Shown: positions 1 to 10,488 of the stretch, piece after piece
How positions within the stretch are numbered: the first letter of the stretch is position 1
Layout: every line of letters starts with the position of its first letter
DNA from: Pseudomonadota bacterium
GTDB taxonomy: Bacteria > Pseudomonadota > Gammaproteobacteria > JAKAQQ01
NCBI GenBank assembly: GCA_027320085.1
Contig: DAHVLZ010000009.1
Span: 192,001 to 256,000, forward strand
Reading direction: 5' to 3'
Length of the DNA stretch: 64,000 nt
Notes under the pieces: generated by a model
Database searches by the model: none
The model's input: only the letters and a program-made list of their open reading frames with translations
Told to the model about the DNA's origin: nothing
Position numbers and translations under genes: made by a program

Positions 1-2
1 CC

Positions 3-221
3 ATCGTGGCGCGCCCCCCATTGCTGATTGCCGATGAACCGACAGGGAATCTGGATCCGCTGCTCGCGATCGAAATCATGAGATTGTTCCAGCGACTGAA
101 CGAAACCGGTACGACAGTCATCATTGCCTCCCATGCACTGGGCCTGATTGAAAAAATGTCCCATCGGATTCTGACTCTCCACCAAGGCACTCTGGTCGGA
201 GACACCGGCTCCTCCCTGTGA
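3..221 (+). CDS. ftsE: Cell division ABC ATPase FtsE, 3' end (begins before window)
   Basis: Walker B/D-loop LLIADEPTGNLD and H-loop IASH; directly upstream of ftsX. Confidence 0.93.
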   Translation: MVARPPLLIADEPTGNLDPLLAIEIMRLFQRLNETGTTVIIASHALGLIEKMSHRILTLHQGTLVGDTGSSL

Positions 222-1138
222 TGACTCACTTGAAAGCAGCCCTGGTCCACCACGCACGGGCGTTCATTTCCAGCCTGGGACTCCTGTGGCGACGAAGACT
301 CGGGGCAATCGCCACCCTCACCGTTATCGCCATCGCCTTGGAACTCCCTGCCGGACTCGAGATAATCGGGCACAACATTGCCCACCTGGAGGGGCACTTG
401 GGACTGAACCCTCATCTCACGGTTTTTCTGAAGCCTTCGACAACTGGGATCGAGGCCCGCCATTTGGCCAAACAGTGGAGTCGACTGTATTCCATCCGAA
501 TCTGGCGGATCCTCGACCGCAAATCTGCCCTTTCTGAATTCAGGCGATGGTCTGGAATCAAGGGGTCTCTTTCGTTTCTCGGACGACACCCGCTCCCGGC
601 AATCCTAGTTTTTACGCGATCAAATCCGGGGTCCTTAAGCCTTCACCAAGTGAGCCTTGCGCTCGCTCGGCAACCGGAAGTTTCGGTGGTCCGCACGGAT
701 CAATCCTGGCTTGTCCGTTTACACGGTATTCTTCAATTCCTGGACCGTCTCGATCAGGTCCTCTATGTACTTTTTGCACTGACCACCGTTCTCATTATCG
801 GTAATACGATTCGCCTAGACATTGGAAATGCCCAGAATGAGATTGAAACCCTGAGATTACTAGGAGCACCCTCATCGTTCATACGCCGTCCTTTCCTCTA
901 CCGGGGTGGCTGGTATGGTCTGCTCGGTGGCCTTTATGCTTACCTCATCCTGCTCATCGAGTTCGCAGTCCTGGTCGGCCCCCTCACTCGGCTCAGCCGG
1001 TATTACAACCGCTCATTCTCTCCGGCATGGCCCTCGCCTCATCTGGGTCTCATTCTCCTGTCCGTGGGCGCCCTTCTCGGGTGGGTCGGTGCCATTCTGG
1101 CCGTGCAGATCGAGCTGACCAGAAAAGCCTCTCATTGA
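218..1138 (+). CDS. ftsX: Cell division permease FtsX
   Basis: IIGNTIRL...EIETLRLLGA...FIRRPFLYRG motif; 4 TM segments; overlaps ftsE stop. Confidence 0.93.
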   Translation: MMTHLKAALVHHARAFISSLGLLWRRRLGAIATLTVIAIALELPAGLEIIGHNIAHLEGHLGLNPHLTVFLKPSTTGIEARHLAKQWSRLYSIRIWRILDRKSALSEFRRWSGIKGSLSFLGRHPLPAILVFTRSNPGSLSLHQVSLALARQPEVSVVRTDQSWLVRLHGILQFLDRLDQVLYVLFALTTVLIIGNTIRLDIGNAQNEIETLRLLGAPSSFIRRPFLYRGGWYGLLGGLYAYLILLIEFAVLVGPLTRLSRYYNRSFSPAWPSPHLGLILLSVGALLGWVGAILAVQIELTRKASH

Positions 1139-1863
1139 ACCGGTGCTTCCGGAGGTAGGGCCGGTTTCCGGGCGTACCCATGTCGAATCAGTGCATCCCA
1201 AGCACCGGCCTGCTGGGTTCCTCCCGGTTGTTTTTCCAGGGATCGCCTGAGCCGTCGCAAAGATCGGCTGAAAAAGCGAGGAGTGCCACGAGGGTGTTTG
1301 CGTGCTCGGTCGAAATCGAGCAGATAGACTTCCCCGCCGGGGGCCAACCAGATGTTTCCAGCATTGAGGTCAGCATGCTGGATCCCCAAGTCGTGAAACC
1401 GGCGGATGGTCTCGCCGATACGGGTCCAGTCGATGGTTTGACCCGATCGAATGGCTTCCACGAGGCTGAGTCCTTCAAGGCGACCGGTCACGAGATCGGC
1501 GCGGTAACCCCAAAGCCCCGTACGGTCGACAACGGCAAGAACCGGGGGCGGGACAGGCAAGCCCTGCCGGTTCATTTCCGAAAGGAGAGACAGCTCACGC
1601 CATGGCCGGGACCGCGCAAGACCCAGCCAGAAATAGCGATCGCGAATCCAACGGGCCGGCCAGCCCCCACGGTAGTAGTGTCGATACGCATACTCCCGCC
1701 CCTCATGCCGGAAGTAAGTTGCCGCTCCCCGCTGTTGGGCCGAGGGTCCGGACTTGCCGACCGAAGGTTTTCTCCATAGACTCAGGAGGCTTTCAGGCGT
1801 GCCCCGTCCATAAAGTACATACCGGAAACCGGTCTGTCGACAACCCCATCGAGCCCATTCCAT
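1132..1863 (-). CDS. kdkA: 3-deoxy-D-manno-octulosonic acid (Kdo) kinase; start uncertain (1863-1908)
   Basis: YYRGG, GLPVP, YRADL, HADLNAGNI, LLDFD motifs; LPS gene context. Confidence 0.88.
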   Translation of the reverse strand: MEWARWGCRQTGFRYVLYGRGTPESLLSLWRKPSVGKSGPSAQQRGAATYFRHEGREYAYRHYYRGGWPARWIRDRYFWLGLARSRPWRELSLLSEMNRQGLPVPPPVLAVVDRTGLWGYRADLVTGRLEGLSLVEAIRSGQTIDWTRIGETIRRFHDLGIQHADLNAGNIWLAPGGEVYLLDFDRARKHPRGTPRFFSRSLRRLRRSLEKQPGGTQQAGAWDALIRHGYARKPALPPEAPVQ

Positions 1864-1882
1864 GTCTGCGAATCGAACCCCC

Positions 1883-2944
1883 ATGCCCGAACCCCGATCG
1901 GTCGTCATTTTACGCCTGTCTGCTATCGGTGATGTCTGTCACATGATCCCGGTTATCCGGACACTCCAGCGCGCCCGACCCGAGTGCCGAATTACCTGGA
2001 TCATCGGACAACGAGAGGCCGCCCTCGTTGACGATCTGCCCGGCATTGAGTTCATCCGCTTCGACAAGCAGGGTGGTTTTGGAAGTTACCGCACACTGGT
2101 CCGTAATCTCAAGGACCGACGTTTTGACATCCTGCTCCACATGCAGAACTCTTGGCGGGCAAACAGCCTGAGTTTGGCACTGCGAGCGGAGACCCGCGTA
2201 GGTTTTTCCAGGAAAGATACCCACGACGCCCAGTGGATCTTCACCAACCGGAAGATTCCTCCCTTGGGCCACGTCCATGTCATGGAATCTTTCTTTGCCT
2301 TCCTTAGGGAAATCGGCATCGACGAAACTTGTCTCGAATGGAACCTGCCCATCCCCCTTGACGCGATGGGGAAGGCCCGCCAGTGGATCCCTGAGGGAGT
2401 ACCGGCACTGGTGGTCAGCCCGTGTGCCACTCCCCGCTTCCGAAATTTTCGTGACTGGCCAGCTGCCCATTACGCGGCCGTGTGCCAGTATGCATCTGAC
2501 CGCCATGGTTTGCGTATCGTCATCACGGGTGGGGCTACCCCACGAGAGTCGCACTACAGCCGAGTAATCCGGGAAAGCACACCCCAAGCCCTCGATCTCA
2601 CCGGGAAGACCAATCTCAAGGATCTTTTGGCTTTGTTGTCTCGGGCCCGAGTCCTGCTCTGTCCTGACTCGGGCCCCGCCCACATGGGGACCGCTGTCGG
2701 TATCCCCGTGGTCGGCCTGTTTGCCTCAACCAATCCAGATCGGGCTCGACCCTACCGGAGCGGTTCCTGGTGTGTCAACCGCTATCCAGATGCCATCGAA
2801 CATTTTCTCCGACGGCAGGTTGACGAGGTCCCCTGGGGGACCCGGGTCCGGCACCCCGGAGCCATGGAGTTGGTGACAGTTCAGGATGTGATCAAGAAGA
2901 TTGACCAGCTCATGGCTGGATCCACGCAGTCTTCCAGTCTGTGA
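1883..2944 (+). CDS. GT9 LPS heptosyltransferase, likely OpsX-type; start 1862 or 1883
   Basis: LRLSAIGDV N-terminus, DSGPAHM and VVGLF motifs; divergent from kdkA. Confidence 0.85.
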   Translation: MPEPRSVVILRLSAIGDVCHMIPVIRTLQRARPECRITWIIGQREAALVDDLPGIEFIRFDKQGGFGSYRTLVRNLKDRRFDILLHMQNSWRANSLSLALRAETRVGFSRKDTHDAQWIFTNRKIPPLGHVHVMESFFAFLREIGIDETCLEWNLPIPLDAMGKARQWIPEGVPALVVSPCATPRFRNFRDWPAAHYAAVCQYASDRHGLRIVITGGATPRESHYSRVIRESTPQALDLTGKTNLKDLLALLSRARVLLCPDSGPAHMGTAVGIPVVGLFASTNPDRARPYRSGSWCVNRYPDAIEHFLRRQVDEVPWGTRVRHPGAMELVTVQDVIKKIDQLMAGSTQSSSL

Positions 2945-3087
2945 ACGACCGGGACCCGGAGGCGGGGGAAGCCCCATCGATCCAGAAGGACCCGTGCTAA
3001 AATGCTGCGGTTCTCATTCCCGTACTGGGACTACCATCCCTGAAACGATGGGGCGCAAACCGGGTAGCCGGGTACAAATGACTGCAG

Positions 3088-3303
3088 ATGAACGCGGACA
3101 AAACCCAATCCAATGCTGAGCGTGTCTATCACGTGCGGATGACCGATCTGCCGGTCAGCTGTCCGCGCGAAGACATGCCTCTCTGGTGCTCCCATCCACG
3201 GGTTTTCCTTCCACTCGCTGCACAGCGGGAGGTGGTCTGCCCTTACTGCAGCGCCCGCTACATTGTGGACGATTTCGAGTCTTCACCGAAGCCAGCCGCA
3301 TGA
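3088..3303 (+). CDS. Small zf-CHCC zinc-finger protein
   Basis: C...HPRVFL...CPYC pattern; ATGA overlap with hldD. Confidence 0.85.
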   Translation: MNADKTQSNAERVYHVRMTDLPVSCPREDMPLWCSHPRVFLPLAAQREVVCPYCSARYIVDDFESSPKPAA

Positions 3304-4220
3304 TTGTCATTACGGGAGGCATGGGCTTTATTGGCAGTAACCTGGTTCTTGCACTCAACCAGAGCGGGCATCAGGATCTCTGGGTGGTCGATGACCTCAC
3401 CGACGGAGCCAAATTCAAAAACCTACAAACCGCAGAAATCCAGGATTACTCGCATTACGAGGATTTCTTGGGCCAGCTCGAATCGGGTTCTACCAGCCCA
3501 GAAGCCATCTTCCACCTGGGAGCCTGCTCAGACACCATGGAATGGAATGGGCACCTGATGATGCGGCAGAATTTCGAGTACTCGAAGCGACTTCTTACCT
3601 ATTGCCTGGCGAAGAAAATCCCTTTCATCTACGCCTCCTCCGCTTCGATCTATGGACTTAACCCATCAAGCCAAGAAATACGTAAAAACGAATCACCCTT
3701 GAACCTCTACGCCTACTCCAAAACCCTGTTCGACCAGGTGGTTCGCCGCGTCTTACCTGATGCACATTCCCCGGTCATTGGCCTCCGCTATTTCAACGTC
3801 TACGGTCCCCGCGAGCAGCATAAAGGGAAAATGGCCAGTGTCGTTCTGCATTTCAATGAACAGCTTCTGGCATCCGGGAAAATCAGGCTTTTTGAGGGGA
3901 GCGAGACATTTCGACGCGATTTCATCCATGTCGATGATGCCGTCAAAATCAACCTCTGGTTCCTCGAACATCCTGAAAAAAGCGGAATCTACAATGTAGG
4001 CACTGGTCAAAGCAGGAGCTTTACGGACTTGGCACAGGTGGTCCTGGATTTTCATGGTCGCGGTACGATGGAGTTCGTGCGGTTTCCACCTGAGCTCGCC
4101 GGTCACTATCAAGCTTTCACGCAGGCTGACCTGACCCAGCTTCGCTCTGCTGGATATACAGATCCCTTTATCGATCTCAATGCCGGGGTCCGGCATTATC
4201 TGGCTTGGCTCAACCACTGA
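3300..4220 (+). CDS. hldD: ADP-L-glycero-D-manno-heptose 6-epimerase
   Basis: MIVITGGMGFIGSN, YASSAS, YAYSK, LRYFNVYGPREQHKG. Confidence 0.95.
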   Translation: MIVITGGMGFIGSNLVLALNQSGHQDLWVVDDLTDGAKFKNLQTAEIQDYSHYEDFLGQLESGSTSPEAIFHLGACSDTMEWNGHLMMRQNFEYSKRLLTYCLAKKIPFIYASSASIYGLNPSSQEIRKNESPLNLYAYSKTLFDQVVRRVLPDAHSPVIGLRYFNVYGPREQHKGKMASVVLHFNEQLLASGKIRLFEGSETFRRDFIHVDDAVKINLWFLEHPEKSGIYNVGTGQSRSFTDLAQVVLDFHGRGTMEFVRFPPELAGHYQAFTQADLTQLRSAGYTDPFIDLNAGVRHYLAWLNH

Positions 4221-5236
4221 GCCGGCGTCCATCCCTGCTCCTGATCGGGCCGAGCTGGGTCGGTGATTTTGTCCAGTGCCAGGCCCTGGTCTCGCTACTC
4301 CAGAAACGACCCGGGACACCCACGATCGACATCGTCCTGCCTTCTTGGACATTTCCCTTGGCTGAACGCCTGCCCGGAATCCGGAAGGCCTATAAACTTC
4401 CCACTTCTCATGGGGAACTCGGGCTTATGAAACGCTGGGCTCTGGCGCGGAAGCTCCGCGAAGCCCAGTATGAAGAGGCCATTGTCATTCCGCGGTCCTG
4501 GAAATCCGCCCTCGTCCCGTACGGAGCGAAAATACCCAAAAGAACGGGATTCTTGGGTGAAAACCGCTACTTCCTGCTGAACGACCACCGACCCAACCCC
4601 GTGCATCATGGGATCCCGTTCCGGGATCAAATCCTGTCCCTGGGCCTGCCACGGTCGGTTCCGCTTCCAGATCCACAGCCGGTTCCCGTTCTGCGGATCA
4701 ATACCGAGAATCGCACCCATCTTGTCAACCGGTTGGATCCTGATGGGACGCAGCGCCGTGTGGCCCTCCTGCCCGGAGCGGAATATGGCCCTGCCAAACG
4801 CTGGCCGGTCGAACACTTCGGTACTCTAGCCTGCCAGTTGCTAGAGGAGGGCCGGTCTGTCTGGATCCTGGGTTCAGCCAAAGACCAGATTTTCGGTAGG
4901 GCGATTGCCCGGCTCGCCCCCGGAGCCAAAAACTTCTGCGGCCTGACTTCGCTGCCCGATGTGGTTGACCTTCTTTCCGCCGTCGATGTCGCCGTCACCA
5001 ATGACTCTGGACTTATGCATGTGGCCGCCGCGGTCGGTATCCCGCTGGTCTGTCTCTACGGCTCGTCGTCTCCCCGCTACACTCCTCCTGCCAGTGCCCG
5101 TGCCCTCCTGCTTAGCATCAATCTCCAGTGCAGTCCATGCTATGCACGCGAGTGCCCATTGGGACACCTGCGCTGCCTGCGGGATTTGTCCGTGGATCGG
5201 GTTTCCGCTGCCTTGCGGGAACTCCTGCCGGCCTAG
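4205..5236 (+). CDS. waaF: LPS heptosyltransferase II
   Basis: GPSWVGD, PGAEYGPAKRWP, NDSGLMHVAAA, CSPC..RECPLGHLRC; follows hldD. Confidence 0.93.
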   Translation: MAQPLSRRPSLLLIGPSWVGDFVQCQALVSLLQKRPGTPTIDIVLPSWTFPLAERLPGIRKAYKLPTSHGELGLMKRWALARKLREAQYEEAIVIPRSWKSALVPYGAKIPKRTGFLGENRYFLLNDHRPNPVHHGIPFRDQILSLGLPRSVPLPDPQPVPVLRINTENRTHLVNRLDPDGTQRRVALLPGAEYGPAKRWPVEHFGTLACQLLEEGRSVWILGSAKDQIFGRAIARLAPGAKNFCGLTSLPDVVDLLSAVDVAVTNDSGLMHVAAAVGIPLVCLYGSSSPRYTPPASARALLLSINLQCSPCYARECPLGHLRCLRDLSVDRVSAALRELLPA

Positions 5237-5438
5237 CGGAAGTGCCCAGACGGCACCCACAACTCGGGGTCCGACTAATTCGGCATCGAAAGGGCTTTTA
5301 CGAGCAAAGATACGGACCAGAAGCCGCGCTGGACTCCCGCCTGGAACCAGCAGATCATCCGACTGGCTCTGGAGAGGCAGAACCTAACCGGGCCATGCTA
5401 GTCTAGTAGCGTTCCCACCGGTCGCAGCTTTCCCCCTG

Positions 5439-6512
5439 ATGTCCATCCGCCGACAATTCGTCTGGGGTTTCTGCCTTATAGCGGGCATCGGGGCCCTGCT
5501 GTTGCATTACCTTGGAAGCATCCTAGTTCCTTTTGCTGTGGCCGCGCTTCTGGCCTACTTGGCGAACCCGGCCGTCGACAGGATGTCCCGGCACCACATC
5601 CCGCGTTCCGTGGGCACCATGGTGAGCTTTATCGTCATTTTCTTGGCGGGAACCGGGCTGGTCCTATTGGTCATCCCAATCATCGAGCAGGAAGGCATTG
5701 AACTGATCCGCGCACTGGCAAATTACCTGCCTGTCTGGAACACAGCTGCGGTGCCGTGGATCCGGACCCATCTCGGTGTCGATGTTTCCTCCTTTTCCCA
5801 CATCATCCAGAGTCTCAAACTGCATCTGCGTTCGCTCCCCGGCCTGACCCGACCCATTTTCGACTGGATCAGCCGATCAGGAGCCTTTCTGGCGAACGTC
5901 CTGTTTGACCTCCTACTAGTCCCGATTCTCACGTTTTATCTCCTGCGCGATTGGAACCTGCTCCTCGCCAAAGCGCCTGGTCTCGTCCCACCCTTCTACC
6001 GCCCCACCCTGATTAAGACCACCCGAGAGGTCAATCGGGTTTTGGGCGCCTTCTTTCGCGGTCAGCTCCTTGTCATGGTCGCACTGGCGATCAGCTATAC
6101 GATCGGGCTCACGATCGCTGGACTCCATGTCGCCCTACTGGTTGGCTGCTTTGCAGGACTGATGAGCTTTGTTCCCTACCTCGGGTTTTTCAGTGGCCTC
6201 CTGGTGGCCTGCGTGGCAATGGTGATCCAGGGCGGTGGAGGAATGGGCTTGCTCGCTGTCCTGATCGTCTTTGCCGTGGGGGAAGGGCTCGAAAGCTTCG
6301 TGTACATCCCCTGGTTCATCGGCGGACGGACCCACCTGCATCCCGTGGCCGTGATCTTTGCCATCCTGGCAGGAGGCGCCCTCTTCGGCTTTGTCGGCGT
6401 GCTTCTTGCGGTCCCCGTGGCTGCAGTAGGGCAGGTCCTGTTGCACGAGACCCTTGCCCGGGTTTATGGGGATCCGGACTCCGGGATCCCAGCATCCTCT
6501 CCGGGCGAATGA
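5439..6512 (+). CDS. AI-2E family (PerM-like) transporter
   Basis: Multi-TM; AYLANP, FFRGQL, FVPYLG, LHPVAVIFAILAGG..FGFVGVLLAVP. Confidence 0.9.
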   Translation: MSIRRQFVWGFCLIAGIGALLLHYLGSILVPFAVAALLAYLANPAVDRMSRHHIPRSVGTMVSFIVIFLAGTGLVLLVIPIIEQEGIELIRALANYLPVWNTAAVPWIRTHLGVDVSSFSHIIQSLKLHLRSLPGLTRPIFDWISRSGAFLANVLFDLLLVPILTFYLLRDWNLLLAKAPGLVPPFYRPTLIKTTREVNRVLGAFFRGQLLVMVALAISYTIGLTIAGLHVALLVGCFAGLMSFVPYLGFFSGLLVACVAMVIQGGGGMGLLAVLIVFAVGEGLESFVYIPWFIGGRTHLHPVAVIFAILAGGALFGFVGVLLAVPVAAVGQVLLHETLARVYGDPDSGIPASSPGE

Positions 6513-6630
6513 GGGGAAACAGGAATCTCGCGGCTGGATACAGATCAGCCTCCCTCATACGTACACGTACATAGACCCCTCAGCGCAGGCCAGCGGACCC
6601 TTTTCCGCGGCTCCAGCCCACTGATGAATT

Positions 6631-6737
6631 GGTGAGAGTTGCCGAGCGATTGATCGGAGCGAGGTGCCCCGACTGCGCAGCACAGCGATTCCGTTTCGAT
6701 CAAGTATTGAGAGCTGGCTGTAGTGTTCGGCTAGGAT
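6631..6737 (-). pseudogene. IS30-family transposase N-terminal HTH fragment
   Basis: HYSQLSILDRNGIAVLRSRGTSLRSIARQL resembles the IS30 HTH; no DDE domain follows. Confidence 0.6.
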
Positions 6738-7123
6738 GGGTTTTGTGCGGAAAGATTGTCGCCACACTTTACACATGCGAAGCTTGACTGTCCAAGCCGA
6801 ATCCTGGATGCAGTATCAGCCACCTTTGTTTCCGATGAGTTGTTGGCCGTTCAATTTTGTGTTGTCGGTACAGCCTGCGTCTGCATTGTGCCTTTTGCTA
6901 AGGAATCTGCTGGGCGGATCAAACTTAGTTGCGTATTCCGCGCAAGCACCTTGTTTTTAGCTAGCCCCAACACTACAAGAGCAGCCAACCAGCGTAACCA
7001 AGAGAGACATGATCGAGACTCTAAAGGAAGACTCCACCGCGGTGGGATCCCGATTCCTGGCCAGAAACCGGATTCGATTGGGGCAATCAGCCATTCTTCA
7101 TATGTGTACCAACACGGGATCGG

Positions 7124-7152
7124 GTAGGGTGGTGAGCTTGCGCTCACCACCC
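7124..7152. repeat. Perfect 11-bp inverted repeat preceded by GTAG (REP-like or fold-back) at the intron breakpoint
   Basis: GGGTGGTGAGC-TTGC-GCTCACCACCC at 7127-7152. Confidence 0.6.
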
Positions 7153-7688
7153 CATCCTGCATCATCCCGGCTGTCAGGAACCGGCGGATGAGCTTGAGCA
7201 CTCGTGCATCGCTAACCTGACGTGCCACCCGTGCCATCACTACATCGTGATTCACCCGATCGAAGAACTTCTCCAGATCAAGATCGACCACCCAGTACTT
7301 GCCGGATCAGCCGGTCCAGTACCGTGGGCACTCCGAGTGTACGAACCCCGCCCGAGGGCTTGGGAATGTCCACCCGGCGCACCGGATACGGCAGGTACCG
7401 TCCCTCCAGCCACGATTGCCTCACCCTCGGCCGGTGCACCTTGAGCCAGTCTGTGAACTCGGCGACCGACCCCCGGGGCACCTTTGTTCTTGACTACTCG
7501 CTGGCACGCCAGCCGCAAGTTGCTGCGTTCAACCACCCGCTCCAGCAGGTGGTCCTCCGATTTCGTTCGCCCGGGTGCCGCCGCGCGTACCTCAGTACCG
7601 AGTGCCGGGCGCTGGACTTCCGCCCCGCACCTTGCCTCTCGGTCCCCCCCGCGGGGGTTTCTGCCTCACCGGTTCGCTTCGAGATCAC
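7142..7688 (-). pseudogene. ltrA: Group II intron reverse transcriptase/maturase pseudogene
   Basis: Pieces in different frames: LLERVVERSNL..RVVKNKGAPGV / PVRRVDIPKPSGGVRTLGVPTVLDRLI / WVVDLDLEKFFDRVNHD..LIRRFLTAG; no PQG or YADD. Confidence 0.9.
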
Positions 7689-8082
7689 CCGTCCTACTCC
7701 CGGCGTCGTTGTTCGGCCCTTCGACATGACTGCCTACTATGGCCTCCGCTGACTTCTGGCGATGCCTCCCAAGACCTCTCGATCCCCGTAGCACAGCGGT
7801 ACACCGCCAGATCTCCCCGGGTATTGCGCACCCTCTTTCACGCTGATGCCTGTCGGATCCACGCCACACCGTTCCGTGCAGGTATCAGGCTTCGATGATC
7901 TTTGCCATCTCACCCCGATGCGTCGCCTCTATCCGTTTCCGGTTCGTCAGGCCAGCGCTTTGCCTCCGGCTTCCTTCAGACTCCCGGTCGCCCAAGAAGC
8001 CCTTGCCGTGCAGCTACCACTTCCCCTTGCCGGGTGGGTAGAGGACTTCCACCTCCCAGAGAGTGCGCCCTGCCGGGCGTAC
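7142..8082 (-). mobile_element. Class IIC group II intron remnant (5' ribozyme domains plus broken RT; 3' half missing)
   Basis: Minus strand begins GTACGCCCGGCAGGG at 8082 and carries IIC hallmarks GCAAGGG, TCTGAAGGAAGC..GGCAAA, TACCCGGGGAGATCTG, CAGAAGTCAGC..CATAGTA; starts right after a Rho-independent terminator. Confidence 0.92.
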
Positions 8083-8113
8083 AAAAAGAAACCCCCGTTT
8101 TTAGCGGGGGCTT
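8083..8113 (-). terminator. Rho-independent terminator of groEL
   Basis: Minus strand AAGCCCCCG-CTAAAAA-CGGGGGTTT-CTTTTT, about 26 nt after the groEL stop. Confidence 0.88.
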
Positions 8114-8139
8114 CTGGCTTACGAAGGTGCGGATGCGGA

Positions 8140-9795
<1,656 letters not shown>

Positions 9796-9848
9796 TCAGT
9801 ATCAATCGGTTGAAATAGGGTTTTGAGAAGGTGATGGATTGGACAGGC

Positions 9849-10151
9849 TTACTTGCTTTCGATCACGGCCATGATGTCTTCTTCGCGCATGACGAGCAGC
9901 TCCTCGCCATCTACTTTGACCTCAGTGCCGGAATATTTGCCAAACAGAACCGTTTCACCGACCTTGATGTCCATTGGTCGGACGTCTCCGTTTTCGAGAA
10001 TTTTTCCCTTTCCGACCGCAAGGATCTTTCCGCGAATCGGCTTTTCAGTGGCGGTATCCGGAATGACGATACCCCCGGGCGAAGTCCGCTCTTCTTCCAA
10101 ACGCTTCACAATAACCCGATCATGTAGTGGCCGGAGTTTCATCGCTGGCAT
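9849..10151 (-). CDS. groS: Co-chaperonin GroES (start 10151 or 10142)
   Basis: [29 protein letters not shown]. Confidence 0.98.
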   Translation of the reverse strand: MPAMKLRPLHDRVIVKRLEEERTSPGGIVIPDTATEKPIRGKILAVGKGKILENGDVRPMDIKVGETVLFGKYSGTEVKVDGEELLVMREEDIMAVIESK

Positions 10152-10196
10152 CTCCTCAATGAATGGTCTTAGCTGAACTGAACGGCCGCGCTTTTA

Positions 10197-10223
10197 TTAG
10201 CACTCGGCCTTAATGAGTGCTAT
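10197..10223. promoter_or_regulatory. CIRCE element (HrcA operator)
   Basis: TTAGCACTC-N9-GAGTGCTAT, one mismatch to consensus, upstream of groES. Confidence 0.92.
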
Positions 10224-10251
10224 TTTAGGGACCGGCCAAGTGAATTTCAAG
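10223..10251 (-). promoter_or_regulatory. Sigma32-like promoter of groESL
   Basis: Minus strand CTTGAAA-N14-CCCTAAAA. Confidence 0.65.
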
Positions 10252-10488
10252 TAGGAACCTTGGTTTGGTCAAAAAAAGCCCACGAGCGATCAATATATGT
10301 CTATCGAATCTATCTATTTGAAAAATTAAATATTTTTATTCATTCGTGCTCGCGAAATTTAAGGGCCTGAGCTACCGTCCGACTAACTCACACATAAAAC
10401 AAATTTGAGCATTAAATACTCAATTCTCCCCCGGTTGGCATCGGCCGGAACCCGGATCATGTAAAAAACCTGACCAGGGGGGACCGGG

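Noticed and set aside
5237-5438. ~200-bp gap between waaF and the AI-2E gene
   Set aside because: No credible ORF or RNA structure recognised.
6545-6600. GTACGTGTACGT tract as a possible intron domain V/VI
   Set aside because: No catalytic-triad stem or proper DV pairing; the intron 3' end is judged absent.
6750-6805. Minus-strand peptide RLGQSSFACVKCG resembling a TnpB zinc ribbon
   Set aside because: Too short; lacks the first CxxC and the following NAD.NAA motif, so it may be chance.
6851-7291. 146-aa ORF as a novel RT fusion protein
   Set aside because: RT fragment reading by chance into unrelated DNA after the breakpoint; no YADD.
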